A DNA stretch of 64,000 nucleotides from the human T2T-CHM13v2.0 reference genome, Homo sapiens, in assembly GCF_009914755.1 (NCBI RefSeq), contig NC_060945.1, one strand, 5' to 3'. Positions 13,411 to 31,843 of the stretch are shown one piece after another. Every line of letters begins with the position of its first letter. Positions within the stretch are counted from its first letter, which is position 1. The notes under the pieces are model-generated. The model was given only the letters and a program-made list of their open reading frames with translations, did not search any database and was not told the origin of the DNA. The position numbers and the translations under genes are program-made.

Positions 13411-13768
13411 GGGTATCATCCAATCCTTTGAGGGCAAGCATAGAACAAAAAGGCCAAGAAAGTGCAAATTTGCTCGTTTGAGCTGGGACATCCATGCTCT
13501 CCTGTGCTTAGACATCAGTGCTCCTGCTTCTCAGGCCCTCAGACTGAGCTAGGGACTTTTACAGCATTTGATCCCCTGCTTCTCAGGCCCTTGGGTTTGA
13601 ACTGAAATTACACTGCTGGCTTTTCTGGGCCTCTACCTCTAGAGAACACATGTTGAAACTTCTCAGGTTCCATAATTGCCTGAGCAAATCCCTCAAAAAA
13701 GTCACTTCCTATATGTCTTTCTATGTGTCTTATTAGTTTGTTTTTTTGGGGGAAACATGACTAAAACA
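13411..13768 (+). mobile_element. 5'-truncated MLT2 (ERVL) LTR within the captured segment
   Basis: gggtatcatccaatcctttgagggc...agaacaaaaagg...gactaaaaca. Confidence 0.8.
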
Positions 13769-14494
13769 CCTACTTTGATATTTTCCACTGGAAACTAAGT
13801 TAATAAAAAAGCTTTGGGGCATTTTGTTTGCATCCAATTCTCATTCTATTTCTCTGCTCACCTTCCATCATCCTTTCTATGTTTCAATCTTTGATGCCAA
13901 GAAATACATCTTCCTCTTTGTGTTATCCGTGAAAGTAAAACATTCTCTAAATTTTGATTTTTGAAGCAGCAGAAAATAAAAACAGATGAGGTAGATACGT
14001 TCAGACTCCATTCATCTTGGAAGAACCTATGTCTTCTGAAAAGAAGCTGTTTTTTGGTTATTTTTAATTAAATTTTTAAATTTATTAACAAAGTGCCCTA
14101 GGCTCTATGTTGAAAGAGCAAGGCTTCATATGAGGATATGACTCTCTATACAATTCCACTGTTTTTAAACTTGTTCAATACCTGTAAATCAAGTGTAAGT
14201 TGCACACACAGGATGCCTTATGTTGGCATGAGCTTGCCATTGGTAGGTCTGCATTTTCACCATCCTCTTTGTTCATTCTCGCTTTCTACAGCAGAGGTGA
14301 TTCTACATAGAACAATGTGTGTGTATGTGTGGGGCAAGTTGTGAAGGGAGGTTGGGGAACATAACAGAATCATGAGTCTTTCCATTGCTGAACAACCAGC
14401 ATATCAGTGAAAGAGGAGTGGCCTAGAGTTTGAAAAAATTCAGAATAGAAAAGGGGTGACTGAAAGGAAAGGGATATTTAGTATCAAGGAAGAG

Positions 14495-14570
14495 TCCTAA
14501 AACAGGCATTAGGACATCTGAGTTCAAGTCCAACTTCAATATTTATTAGCTGTGTGATTGTTAAAAGATA
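14495..14570 (+). mobile_element. MIR fragment within the captured segment
   Basis: gacatctgagttcaagtccaacttc...attagctgtgtga. Confidence 0.55.
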
Positions 14571-14583
14571 ACTAAATTAGTTA

Positions 14584-14868
<285 letters not shown>

Positions 14869-15715
14869 TTATTTTTCTATTTTATTGCCTCTATCTTTCT
14901 ACTCCTAAAGTACACCCACAGATACAATTTTAGTCACTCACAGATGTCCGCAATTGACTCTTTTCCTGTTATTCTCTGTAATTCTCAGGTAGGTTTTCTA
15001 CACAAGGTATCAAAAATGGTCCATAGCTTTCTTAGGTTTGCATGATTTATGCCATTCACAAGATCATAAGAACAGAGTGCTTCTCTCTTCCCGAATGCAC
15101 ATCCAATCCTGAAAAAGAACTCTGACTCCACTTGAGCCATCCATGCATCTCTGGATGAATTAACATGTGAAAGGTCACAGGGTACACGAATTGGACAACT
15201 TGGACATGAGAATCTATTCCTGTACAGATGGGGAGTCAGGAGATGACAAGGAGGATTTCTAGAAAAGAAAAATTCTGGATAGACACAAATGAAAATAACA
15301 GATTTTCATCAAATTCCATGTTCAGGGCAGTTTATCCATGCCGATTACCCTGAAAGATATATTGGGAAGTCAGCACTGAATTCTCATCTTTCTTTCCTCC
15401 TTCCCAGATCAATACAAAAAAGAATTACATTCATCTAAATGTCTTTCTCAGATGGCTTGAATCATTGGAATGTTATATGTCATAGGAGATTACAGTTCCT
15501 ACAATAAAGCAGTGCATTGACAGGGAAAAATTAAATATATATGCAAGCTTTCCCAAGATTTCTAGTTATATTCATGTAAATTTGGGTCATCTCAATTCAG
15601 GGTGAGTGATTTTGTCATGCTTTCACCACAGTAAGAAATTCAGTAGTAGATTTTCTTTAATACCTTTGCCATTATGTCTTCGAGCACATGGGAAGAGGTT
15701 TTAAGACATGCGTTA

Positions 15716-16060
15716 GATTTTTGTATAAGGAGTTCATGTCCTTTGTAGGGACATGGATGAAATTGGAAATCATCATTGTCAGTAAACTATCGCAAGAACA
15801 AAAAACCAAACACCGCATATTCTCACTCATAGGTGGGAATTGAACAATGAGATCACATGGACACAGAAAGGGGAATATCACACTCTGGGCACTGTTGTGG
15901 GGTGGGGGGAGGGGGGAGGGATAGCATCGGGAGATATACCTAATGCTAGATGACGAGTTAGTGGGTGCAGCGCACCACCATGGCACATGTATACATATGT
16001 AACTAACCTGCACAATGTGCACATGTACCCTAAAACTTAAAGTATATATAAAAAAAAAAA
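15716..16060 (+). mobile_element. Young 5'-truncated L1 (L1PA2-like) with a short 5' inverted stub
   Basis: 3'UTR close to L1HS but with GAG (gatgacgagttag) and cttaaagt, so not Ta; polyA; TSD aagacatgcgttaga / aagtcatgcattaga. Confidence 0.92.
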
Positions 16061-16411
16061 AAGTCATGCATTAGAGAAAAAAGAAAGCTGTTTCTGTTGT
16101 CAAAAGTAAATCTCTTATTATTATAATTTGTTGGTACTGTTGAATTGTGGCAAGAAAACAAATAGCACAGAAAATAGTAATACCTTATAGCATGGAAAAT
16201 ATTTCCTTTTTAAAAATTAGTATACTTATACTGTGATGAAATTGTTTTCCATCTCTACATGGAACCACATATGTAAAGTTAGGCAATCAAATATTAAGTA
16301 AAACTTTTTCATTAATATTTTATTAGGAGGTGCATGAAGCAAGGTTAAGAAGATGGGGGATGAAGAATGATGAATGGTAACATGCTAAATTCTGTTAAAA
16401 ATGAGAAATAA

Positions 16412-16736
<325 letters not shown>

Positions 16737-17625
16737 TCAGATATAATAGGTGGTCACATGAAAATTACCTTCATAAGAAAAAGGAAATTAAAGAGGAACT
16801 CAAATTTTTAGTGTCTGGGAAGTAACCTGAGGTGAAAAGAGGATAGTGAGAGGTCAAATATAGGTTATGGAACCATGCAATTTCAGAAGGGGCTTGATTC
16901 ATAGTGTCTATGTCATAAGGATCTAATTATTCAATGTAGGGGACTAATCTACAAAACTTCACATAAAGCAATAATTCCCAATGCAGATTTAGTGGCTGTT
17001 TATTTATGTCTGTGTTGAGATTCTGAACTTCTATCACAGTTTGTCTTACTCTGCAGCTTTTTTGGTAACCAGGCTTCTTTGTCTTAACTCTGATTTTGTA
17101 ATTTGACTTAATTTTCCTATAGGATCCCATCAGCATTTAACTTACCAGTTTTCCCTTGGTTTTCAACTTCAATAAGATTCATCTTTAAAAAAGTAATTTC
17201 TTTCAGTCTGGAACATTAGCATAGGATAAAGAAAAAAACTGAAAATGTCTTATGTCCTCAAAATCATAACATGTGGTAATTTTAATGATGTTAAATATAT
17301 ATTATCATACATTGGAAGGGCTTTAATTCATGAAAATTGGCAGGTTGACCACAATTATGTAGTTAAATTCTATTTAAAATAAAAGGGTCATATATGATAC
17401 CTCAACCACTTTTATCAGTTCCCTACTCTGTTCTCCTTTCCCCACTCAGTTCACCAAGCAAAGGTAATCTGAAGCAATAAAGCAACACTACAGTCATCCT
17501 ACATACTCCAAAGTATGTTTGGGCAGCATGGGATTCAAAGGAAGAGGCCATCAGTCACTAAGCATGAACAGTAGATATCAGGGCCATTGCCATAGCTTTA
17601 TCAAAAATGCAGTCTACCCCAGGCC

Positions 17626-17890
17626 TTTTAAAATTTTTGTTACATTGCATTAATACACATTTATGCGGTACATATGAAATTTTGTTACATGCAGAGAATG
17701 CGTAATGATCAGTTGAGGATATTTAGGGTACTCATTGATTTATCATTTCCATGTGTTGAGTATACTTCAGGTCCTATCTTCTGGCTAATTTTAAAGTACA
17801 ATATGTTGTGGTTAACTATAGTCACCTGCCCTTCTATCAGATGAGAACTTATTCCTTCTATCTAACTGTATGTTTGTACTTATTAATCCC
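17626..17890 (-). mobile_element. L1MA 3' end fragment
   Basis: acatttatgcggtacatatgaaattttgttacatgc...ttaactatagtcacc. Confidence 0.75.
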
Positions 17891-18034
17891 CCCAATTTTT
17901 ATGTCTGTGTTCTCACAAGGACTATTCCTAAAGGAGGGCCTAATTGCTAAGGTTTAGACAATGGGAGTTTCTTTTGGAAATCTGTCTTTGAAAGAGGAAA
18001 TGCTTCTGGGAAGGAAAGGGTAGTTGGAGATTGG

Positions 18035-18459
18035 AGTGGTTACTTTTACATGTCCACTTGGCTTGGCTATAGCACCCTTTATTCAATCAAACGCTGATCT
18101 AGGTGTTGCTGTGAAGGTAGTTTGCAGATGTGTGTAACATCTACAATCAGTTGACTTTAAGTAAAGGAGATTATCCTCTGTACTGTGAGTGGGCCTTATC
18201 TAATCAATTGAAGCCCTCAAGAACAAATGGAATTTTCCATGAGGAAGAAGAAATTCCAGCCTTAAAGCCTGTCTGAGAGTTTCCAGCCTGCCAGCCTACC
18301 CTGCAGATTTCAGACATTCCTATCCAGATCCCATGATCATGTAAGCCAAGGTCAAGTCCTTGAAATATACCTTTTTACACACCTGCCCTCCCCACCACAC
18401 ACACACATAGGATATACCTATATACCTTCTATTGGCTCAGTGTTGGTCTGGTGGATACA
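18035..18459 (+). mobile_element. MLT2D-like ERVL LTR
   Basis: ctaggtgttgctgtgaaggtagtttgcagatgtg...aatcagttgactttaagtaaaggagatt. Confidence 0.8.
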
Positions 18460-20420
18460 GAAATCCTATTAATTATTCATTTTATTCCTCTTATATCATA
18501 CCGACCTCAGCCTGACAACATACCAGATTTCTCCCTTGTTCTAAGCTTTGGAGGGATAGATGAAATTCCTGATACATCACGTATGTCCTGATATGCTTGA
18601 TAGACCTTAAGTATTTATATTTAACAAAATGAAACCATGATCATTTTGAAGCAAAAGATATCTAAAGCTGGAATGAGAAACTTAAATGATTTCTTTATGA
18701 ATATGAGATAATTTACTTGGATGTCATTCTTAGAGTAGCTTAATTTTAAGGATATTTTTTCTTCTCTAACTATACTAAATCAACAGTGGAAAAATCCCTA
18801 AACTCTGGAGGTGTTTTTATCTTACCAGTCTATCTAAGACACACTCAATCATAGTCGCTATTGAATTTGGCATTTCAATTCTTCACTGTCACTTCTCATT
18901 AATTATTGGTTCTAATACTGTCTTTGATGACTTCTTCCTTGTCATTTTACTTCATGAACTCATTATTTCTAATTGCTATTTTATGCCACTTTTTGGTTCA
19001 TCAGTTTTTAATGTTCCACTTAATTGGCTCCGTTGTTTAAATGATGTGAGGAAAAATGGGGTTAAATTTATCATTTATCTGATACATTCTGGTATGAGAG
19101 AGCTTAATTTGGTTGTTCCATTTTCTAGATAGAAAAAGTAAGGAAATATTTTCTGCATTCTATTCAGATTGTTATTGCTGAAGTCATCTTATACTATGAC
19201 CTTTTAAAATATTTTCAAAGGCTTTAGAAAAAAATTATAGGTACACTGACATTTGCTTATTGTGAAATGTTATATCATGTTCCTTTTTATGTTGTAATTT
19301 GTAGTATTCCACACGACAGATTTCTCTGTTAATCGTACATCAGGTCTCACACTCTTATAATTTAGCCAAGAATTAAAAAAAGACAAGTCAAAGAATTGGT
19401 TTTAACATGCCAAAATATGTCAGGGATATATCTGTGGATTTAAAGTTAAAGAAAAATTACTAGAAAAAATTGATAAATATTAAAGAAGTATTTAATGTTT
19501 ATAATAGTGCAATTTTTTACATAAAAAACAAAGTTTGTAAAATGTAAGCAGGGATATTTTATTGTTGATGTTAACTTAATGAAAATAAAAGTATGCATTT
19601 TATAAGACAAAGAATCTAAATCATAGTAAATCTAAAAATTCATTGATTTAAATACCATAATATTCTTAATTTATGAAACCCTCCTTCTAACAGATGGAAT
19701 TTAAATGTATGACTTGGCCATCTATCTTTGACTCTAAATGTATTTATATGAGTCCCACATGTTAAATTTATTCCTGGAGATTATCATGACCAATAGAAGA
19801 CTTTTACGTATGTGTCACAATAAGCATGAAATAATGTGATCTCTTTCTCCTTTATTATATACCTTTGCAGCCACCAGACTGCAGTATGTGACTTAATCCC
19901 ACAGAGATATTTTACACTGAAAGTTTGTCTTAAGTTGTCTTGCAAATCTTTTTGAACTCTATGCAAAATGGTTATTCTAATTCTCAGAGTACAGCCACAA
20001 GCTAGGTAGGTGTAGATCGTGACATATGGGCAAAAATATGGTGGGTGTCACTGGAACCACACTGGATAAAAGGAAATTTATCATCGCAAGTATCTTAAGA
20101 ATGAAAAATTTTGAGGCAGTATTTTATTATTTGCAATGAGTTTATATTAGTGAACTGACATATAAAATAAAATTTTATACAGCATATAATTGATTAAAAT
20201 CACACATACTTGGAAATTAAGCCCATGGGAAAGTTTTTGCAAAAACAAATTTTATGAGAATTTTTGACGTTGGTAAAATATTTATAACAAAAGTTAATAT
20301 TTATGGGGCTCTCTCAGAATTTTCAGTCTAAATGTAATAGGAAAACAAATTCCAATATATATCCAAGAATCGTAGAGAGCATGGCGACAATATCAGCACG
20401 GATTTCCAGTTAAAAATAAA

Positions 20421-20920
20421 GAGAATAATGACTTCCAGCTCCATCCATGTCCCTGCAAAGGACATGATTTCGTTCCTTTTTATGTCTGTATAGTATTCCA
20501 TGATGTACATGTACCATATTTTCTTTATCCAGTCTATCATTGATGGCATTTGGGTTGATTCTATGCCTTTGCTATTGTGAATAGTGTGCAATGAACATAT
20601 GCATGCATAGATCTTTATAATAGAATCAGCAAACTAACGCAGGAACAGAAAACCAAACACCACATGTTCTTACTTATAAGTGGAAGCTAAACAATGGGAA
20701 CACATGGACACATGGTGGGGTAAACAACACACACTGGGGCCTGTCAGGGGCAGTGGGAGGGAGAGCATCAGGAAGAATAGTTAATGCAGGCTGGGGTTAA
20801 TACCTAGGTGATGGGTTGATCTGTGCAGCAAAGCACTATGGCACACATTTACCTATGTAACAAACCTGCACATCCTGCACATGCACCCCTGAACTTAAAA
20901 TAAAAGTTGATGAAAAAAAT
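20421..20920 (+). mobile_element. Older L1PA 3' end with 5' inversion (20421-20626 antisense, 20627-20920 sense)
   Basis: Antisense piece ends at consensus ...attattctc and sense piece resumes at cagcaaactaac; ORF 20328..20591 is ORF2p C-terminus-like. Confidence 0.9.
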
Positions 20921-21159
20921 GAAAGAAATAAAATACAAATGAAATGTGAAAGATGGAACTGTTGCTTTGCACATCCAATTGGCTGAAAATAGCTAATACT
21001 AGTTGCTCTGATGCCCTTTTAATTCTGCATGTAGAGCTATAACTTCATTTCATGGTTAGAGATTAGTAAACATAAAACCTCACTTCCTAAATCTCTGATT
21101 TACATCTACTGATGTAATAGTTGATATTCTAAAGTCAGAAATCTTCCCATACTCTCTAT

Positions 21160-21249
21160 CTCTACTATGTGTTTTGCGAGTCCCCTTTTTAAAGAATCTT
21201 GTTCCTCTTAATGAATTCAGAAAAGAAAGACCATTTAATACACATGGCA
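21160..21249 (+). repeat. Copy 1 of a 90-bp dispersed direct repeat (copy 2 at 27693-27782)
   Basis: 81/90 identity, ungapped, by manual alignment. Confidence 0.93.
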
Positions 21250-21284
21250 GCATTATTTGTCAACATTATGTTACAAAAATATGT

Positions 21285-22061
21285 TTTTATTTTACCAGCT
21301 TTATTATATGGAGTAATTGACCCACACTAAGCTGCACTTATTGACAGTGTACACCTTGAGAAAATTTGACATATGCTTATATCTGGTGAAAGCATTTACT
21401 AAAATCAAGATTTCAGACACGTCAATAATTCCACAAAGTTTCTTCCTGCCTTTTTTAATCCCATCCTCCTACAATTCACCTCTATTCCAACCTCAGTCAA
21501 TCACTGATCTACTTTCTGCTACTACAGATTAGTTCAAATTTCCTGGTATATATTTGAATTCATATACTATGTATTCTTTTTTTTCTTCTGGATTCCTCAC
21601 TCAGCATATTTTCAGATTCATCCATATCGTAGTGTATAGTTGATTCATTTGACTATATGACTAGCATTCCATTGTATGTATGTACCATAATTTGTTCATC
21701 GGTACATATGGAAATGGACATTGGAATTGCTTCCAAATTTCATCTGTTACAAATAAAGCTATTATGAACTTTTCTTATAAATCTTTGTATGGATATATGC
21801 TTTCATTTTTCATGGGTAAAGTCTACCTAGGAATAGAATGGCTCGACTAAGTGGTAAATGTTTGCTTAGCCTTGTAAGAAACTGTCAAACTGTTTTCCAA
21901 AGTGGTTGTCTCATTTTGCTTACCGACAGATGTATCTAAGAGTTCCAGGGCACACTAGCACTTGGTAGGGTCAGTTCTTTTTTAAACGTGGGCCAATCTA
22001 ATTGATGTTTCTCATTGTGGTTTTAACTTTTATACCTGTAATAATGAATGAAGTTGAGCTT
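21285..22061 (-). mobile_element. Old L1M (MC/MD/ME-type) 3' fragment
   Basis: cactgatctactttct...tggacattggaattgcttcca...aagaaactgtcaaactgttttccaaagtggttgt. Confidence 0.75.
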
Positions 22062-22277
22062 CTTTTTTTTTTAATTATACTTAAAGTTCTGAGATACGTG
22101 TGCAGAATGTGCAGGTCTGTTACATAGATATACACGTGCCATGATGGTTTGCTGCACCCATCAATCCATCATCGACATTAGGTATTTCTCCGAATGCTAT
22201 CCCTCCCCCAGGTCCCCACACTCCAATAGGCCCCAGTGTGTGAGCCCCTCCACCACGTGTCCATGTGTTCTCATTGT

Positions 22278-26090
<3,813 letters not shown>

Positions 26091-26153
26091 TATGAGGCTA
26101 GCTGGTTATTTTGCCCATTAGTTGATGCAGTTTCTTCATAGCATTGATGGTCT

Positions 26154-27465
<1,312 letters not shown>

Positions 27466-27692
27466 CTTTGTGAATTTATCTACCTTTGGTCTTTGATGTT
27501 GGTGATCTTTCTGTGTCTGGATGTCCTTTTTGTTGATGTTGATGCTATTCCTGTTTGTTAGTTTTCGTTCTAACAGTCAGGCCCCTCTGCTGCAGGTCTG
27601 CTGGAGTTTGCTGGAGGTCCACTCCAGACCCTATTTGCCTGGGTATCACCAGCGGAGGATGAAGAACAGCAAAGATTGCTGCCTGCTCCTTC

Positions 27693-27782
27693 CTCTGCTG
27701 TATGTTTTGCAAGTCCCCTCTTTAAAGAATATTGTTCCTCTTAATGAATCCTGAAAAGAAAGACCATTTAATACACATGACA
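27693..27782 (+). repeat. Copy 2 of the 90-bp direct repeat, fused to the L1 5' junction
   Basis: Matches 21160-21249 at 81/90. Confidence 0.93.
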
Positions 27783-27784
27783 CT

Positions 27785-28690
27785 ACTATAAAATATCATA
27801 TCACATCATCCTGTCAGGATGACTATTCTCTAAAAATAACCATACTAACAGAATCTCTTATACATAAATATAAGAGATAACAAGTGTTGGGGAGAGTTTG
27901 CAGAAAAGAGAACATATGTATGCTCTTGATAGGAATGTGGATTGATGCAGCTATTGTGGAAAACAGCATGAATGTTCCTAAAGAAATTAAAAATAGAACT
28001 ACCATATGACCCAGCAATCCCTTTTTGGGTATATATCCAAATTAAATGATATCATTATGTAGAAAAGATATCTTCCTTCCAATGTTTATTGCATCATTAT
28101 CCACAATTTTTAAGACATTGGAATCAATCTAAGTGTCCATGAATAGATGAATAGACAAATAAAACTGGTATATGTACAAAATGAGTACTATTCCGCTTTA
28201 AAAGAGGTGGAAATCCTCTTATTTGTGACATCATGGATGAACTTTGAGAACATTATTTCAAGTAAAATAAGCCAGGCACAGAAAGACAAATACTACATCA
28301 TAGATCCACTTACATGTAGAATCTAAATAAAATAAACTCTCAGAAAAAGAATATAATGCAGCATTTACCAGAGACCAACAGCATAGGTGAAGGGACTGGG
28401 GAGATATTGGTCAAAAGGCACCAAATTTGAGTTAGATGGCAGGAATAATTGCAAGAGATCTATTGTACACCACGCTGACTGTAGTTAATAACAATGCATT
28501 GTATACTTAAAAATCACTGAGAGAACCATGTTCTCACCACAAAAAATTTTGTAAGTATATGAGGTAATGCATATGTTAAATTGCTTGATTTAACCATTCT
28601 TCATTGTATCCATATATCAAAACACAATGCTGTACACCATAAATATATACAATTTTTACCAGGCATTTTAAAAATTAATTTTAAAAACTG
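27785..28690 (+). mobile_element. L1MA-type ORF2 end plus 3'UTR
   Basis: tggaaaacagcatg...aaaatagaactaccatatgacccagcaatcc...tgttctcaccacaaaaa. Confidence 0.85.
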
Positions 28691-29473
28691 AGAGCAGATT
28701 TGGAAAGTTAAAAACAGAAACATGTCTGCATTTATTCTGAAAGGAAAGAGAAGTAAATTGTTAAGTATCACTTAACTAAGAAAAATGAGAAAGCCTTTCA
28801 AAGAGCAAAAGTTTTAATTTTTTAATCTGCTCTTTTTCTGCCCTCTCTGGTTTTAATCAAATATTTTAAATGATTCCATTTTCTATCCTTTCAGCATTTA
28901 AAATTATGCTTTATTTTTTGAATATTTTAGTGTTTGTTCTAGAGTTTGCAATATACTCTAAATATAAAGCTAATCTGTGTATACTTTCAAATAATACTAT
29001 ATTATTTTACAGTTAATGCACACAACTTATAGCAGAGTATTACCATTTCCTCTCCCTTATAACAATGATGTCATTCATTTTATGTATACATATTCTATAA
29101 TCAATATATAATTGTGATTATGGCTTTGAATGCAAATTTATCTTTTGGATCAATTTAATTTTTTATTTATTTATTTTACCTTTGTTTATTCCTTCTGGGA
29201 CAGTATTCTTTTGTGTGTGTGTAGATCTGATTTTGTGTTCTAGATTATTTTTCTTCTCACTGAAGAATTTATTTTAACTTTTTTTTTAATAGTATGGGTC
29301 TTCTGTTGGCAATAAATTTCCTTGGTTTTAGGTTGTCAGAGAAAAGATTTCTTCATTTTTGAATAGTAATTTTCCTAGATATAGTATTCTAGTTTGGTAA
29401 ATTTTTTCCTTCATCGCTTTAAAAATGTTGCTCCAATTTTTCTTGTTGCCGTGGTCTTTTAAGAGAAGGCTGA

Positions 29474-29705
29474 TGTGTGTGTGTGCTTGTGTGTGTGTGT
29501 ATATATATATTTATGGTGGTGAGTAAATTCTTTCAGAAGGTTTATTTGAAGGCTTCTATATATATATCACATATAGTATATAATATATATATCAGCCTTC
29601 AAAATACATATATATAAAGTATATATATAACTGTTCCTTATTTCTCTGATATATATGGTATATATCATATATATATCAGCCATTTATATATATATAAATA
29701 TATAT
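29474..29705. repeat. (TG)n/(TA)n microsatellite complex
   Basis: Seen directly. Confidence 0.85.
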
Positions 29706-31101
29706 TTTTATTAACTTTCCTTATTTCTCTATAGTAAGGTGTATTGTTTTCTACTTGCTGCTTTCAAGATTTTGTCTTTGTCCTTAGTTTTCAATAATCT
29801 GAATTTGCTATAACCAAAAACAGCTTTGGATTTTTTTTTTTTTTTTGCTTTATTTTTGGTATTTATCCTGCTTAGTGTTCACTGAGATTCTTGCTCTATG
29901 GTTTGGTGTCTATCATTACTTTTAGAAGCTTCTCAGCCATTATTACTTCAAATATTCTTCCTCCCTTCTCTGTCTTCTCATTCTCATCTACTACTCCTAT
30001 TACATATATGCTGAATATTTTGAGATAGTCTGCAGATCTTGAAATTTCTATTGTGTAGCTTTTTAAAATTAATTTTTCTTTTAATTTCTGTTCAAAAATT
30101 TATATTGATAGATCTTCATTCTTTCTTCAGCCATGTCCAGCTTGCTGATGAGCTCATCAAAGCATTTCTGCATTTCTGTTAGCATTTTTTTATTCCTAGA
30201 ATCTCTTTTTAATTCTTTCTTAAATTTTCTTTATCTTTACATTATTTACCTGTTAGTACATGTTGTCTACTTTTCTCATTAGAGACTTTTACATATTAAT
30301 CATAGTTATTTTAAATTCTGTCTGATAATTCCAAAATCTGTATCATATATGAGTCTTGTTCTGTTCGTTTTATATCTTCAGACATTTTTTTCCTGTCTTT
30401 TGGCAAGACTTAAACTTTTTTGTTTAAAGCCAACATGATGTATTGGGCAAAAGGAACAGAGCTCTGTAAGCAGTCCTTTATTTTGAGGTGTGACATCAAT
30501 CTGACTAGGATTTGGGCTAATTTTAAAGTCTCTTGTAGCTATACGTTTCAGTCTTTTATTTCCTCTAATATCCTTGTTCTTGTCATTTGTTTTATCTTTG
30601 AGTTTCCCTAAAAACTCCTTCTTAAGTAGAATGTGCACCTGACAGCTCTTTCAGCTGTAATCTACTTTTATTATACAGGAACCCTGTTGATATGACGGGA
30701 GGGTGGAAGAGAGGGGAAGCATTTTATAATCTTATTATCAAATCTTGGTAGTAATGTTATATTCCCATCCTGATATTGACAACATGTGTCTACTCTCTTT
30801 TTGTTTTGGTCAGTCTAGCTAGACGTTTATCATCAATCTATATTTTTAAAAAACTAGCTTTTGGTTTCTTTTATTTTTCTATTGTTTTTCTGTTTTTTAC
30901 TTCACTAATTTTCATGCTGATCTTTATAATTTCTTTTATCTTCCTACTTTATGTTTAATTTGCTCTTCTTTTTTAGTTCTTTAATAAGAAGATAAAGACC
31001 ATGATTTATGAAGTTTCTTCTTTCCTAGTATAGGTATACAGTGTTATAAATTTCCAATTAAACACAGTTTTTGTCACATCTCACAGATTTTTATATATCT
31101 G

Positions 31102-31150
31102 TATTATATTAATTATATTATATTATATTATATTATATTATTATATTATA
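31102..31150. repeat. (TATTA)n microsatellite at an L1 tail
   Basis: Seen directly. Confidence 0.9.
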
Positions 31151-31843
31151 TTATATTATATTATGTTATATTTTTTCAACTTTTAAGTTCCATGGTACAT
31201 GTGCAGGATGTGCAAGTTTTTTACATAGGTAAACATGTGCCAGTATTGTTTGCTGCACAGATCAACCCATCACCTAGGTATTAAGCCCAGCATCAATTAG
31301 TTATTCTTCCTGTTGCTCTCCCTCCTCCCACACCTCCACCCCTGACAGGCCCCAGCGTATGCTGTTCCTGCTCATGTGTTCTCATCATGCAACTCCCAGT
31401 TGTAAGTGAGAATATGTGATTTTTGGTCTTCTGTTACTGCATTTTCAGTTTACTGAGGATAATGGCTTCCAGCTCCATCCATGTCCCTGCAAAGGACATG
31501 ATCTCATTCTTTTTTATGGCTGCATAGTATTCCAGAGTGTATATGTACCATATTTTCTTTATCCAATCTATGATTGATGAGCATTTAGATAGGTTCCATG
31601 TCTTTGCTATTGTGAATAGTGCTACAGTGAATATACACGTGCATGAATCTTTATAATAGAATGATTTATATTCCTTTGGGTATGTATCCAGTAATGGGAA
31701 ACCTGGGCCAAATGGTATTTCTGCTTCTAGATCTTTGAGGAATCACCACATTGTCTTCCACAATAATTAGACTAATTTACACTCCCACCAACAGTGTAAA
31801 ATATTGCTTTCTCCACAACGTCACCAGAATCTGTTGTATTTTG
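31151..31843 (-). mobile_element. L1PA11-13-type 3' end
   Basis: acatgtgcaggatgtgc...cacctaggtattaagcccagcat...ctagatctttgaggaatcaccaca. Confidence 0.9.

Noticed and set aside
15730-16060. Active L1HS-Ta insertion
   Set aside because: Carries GAG rather than ACA and A rather than G at the 3'UTR diagnostic sites; the TSD already has two mismatches.
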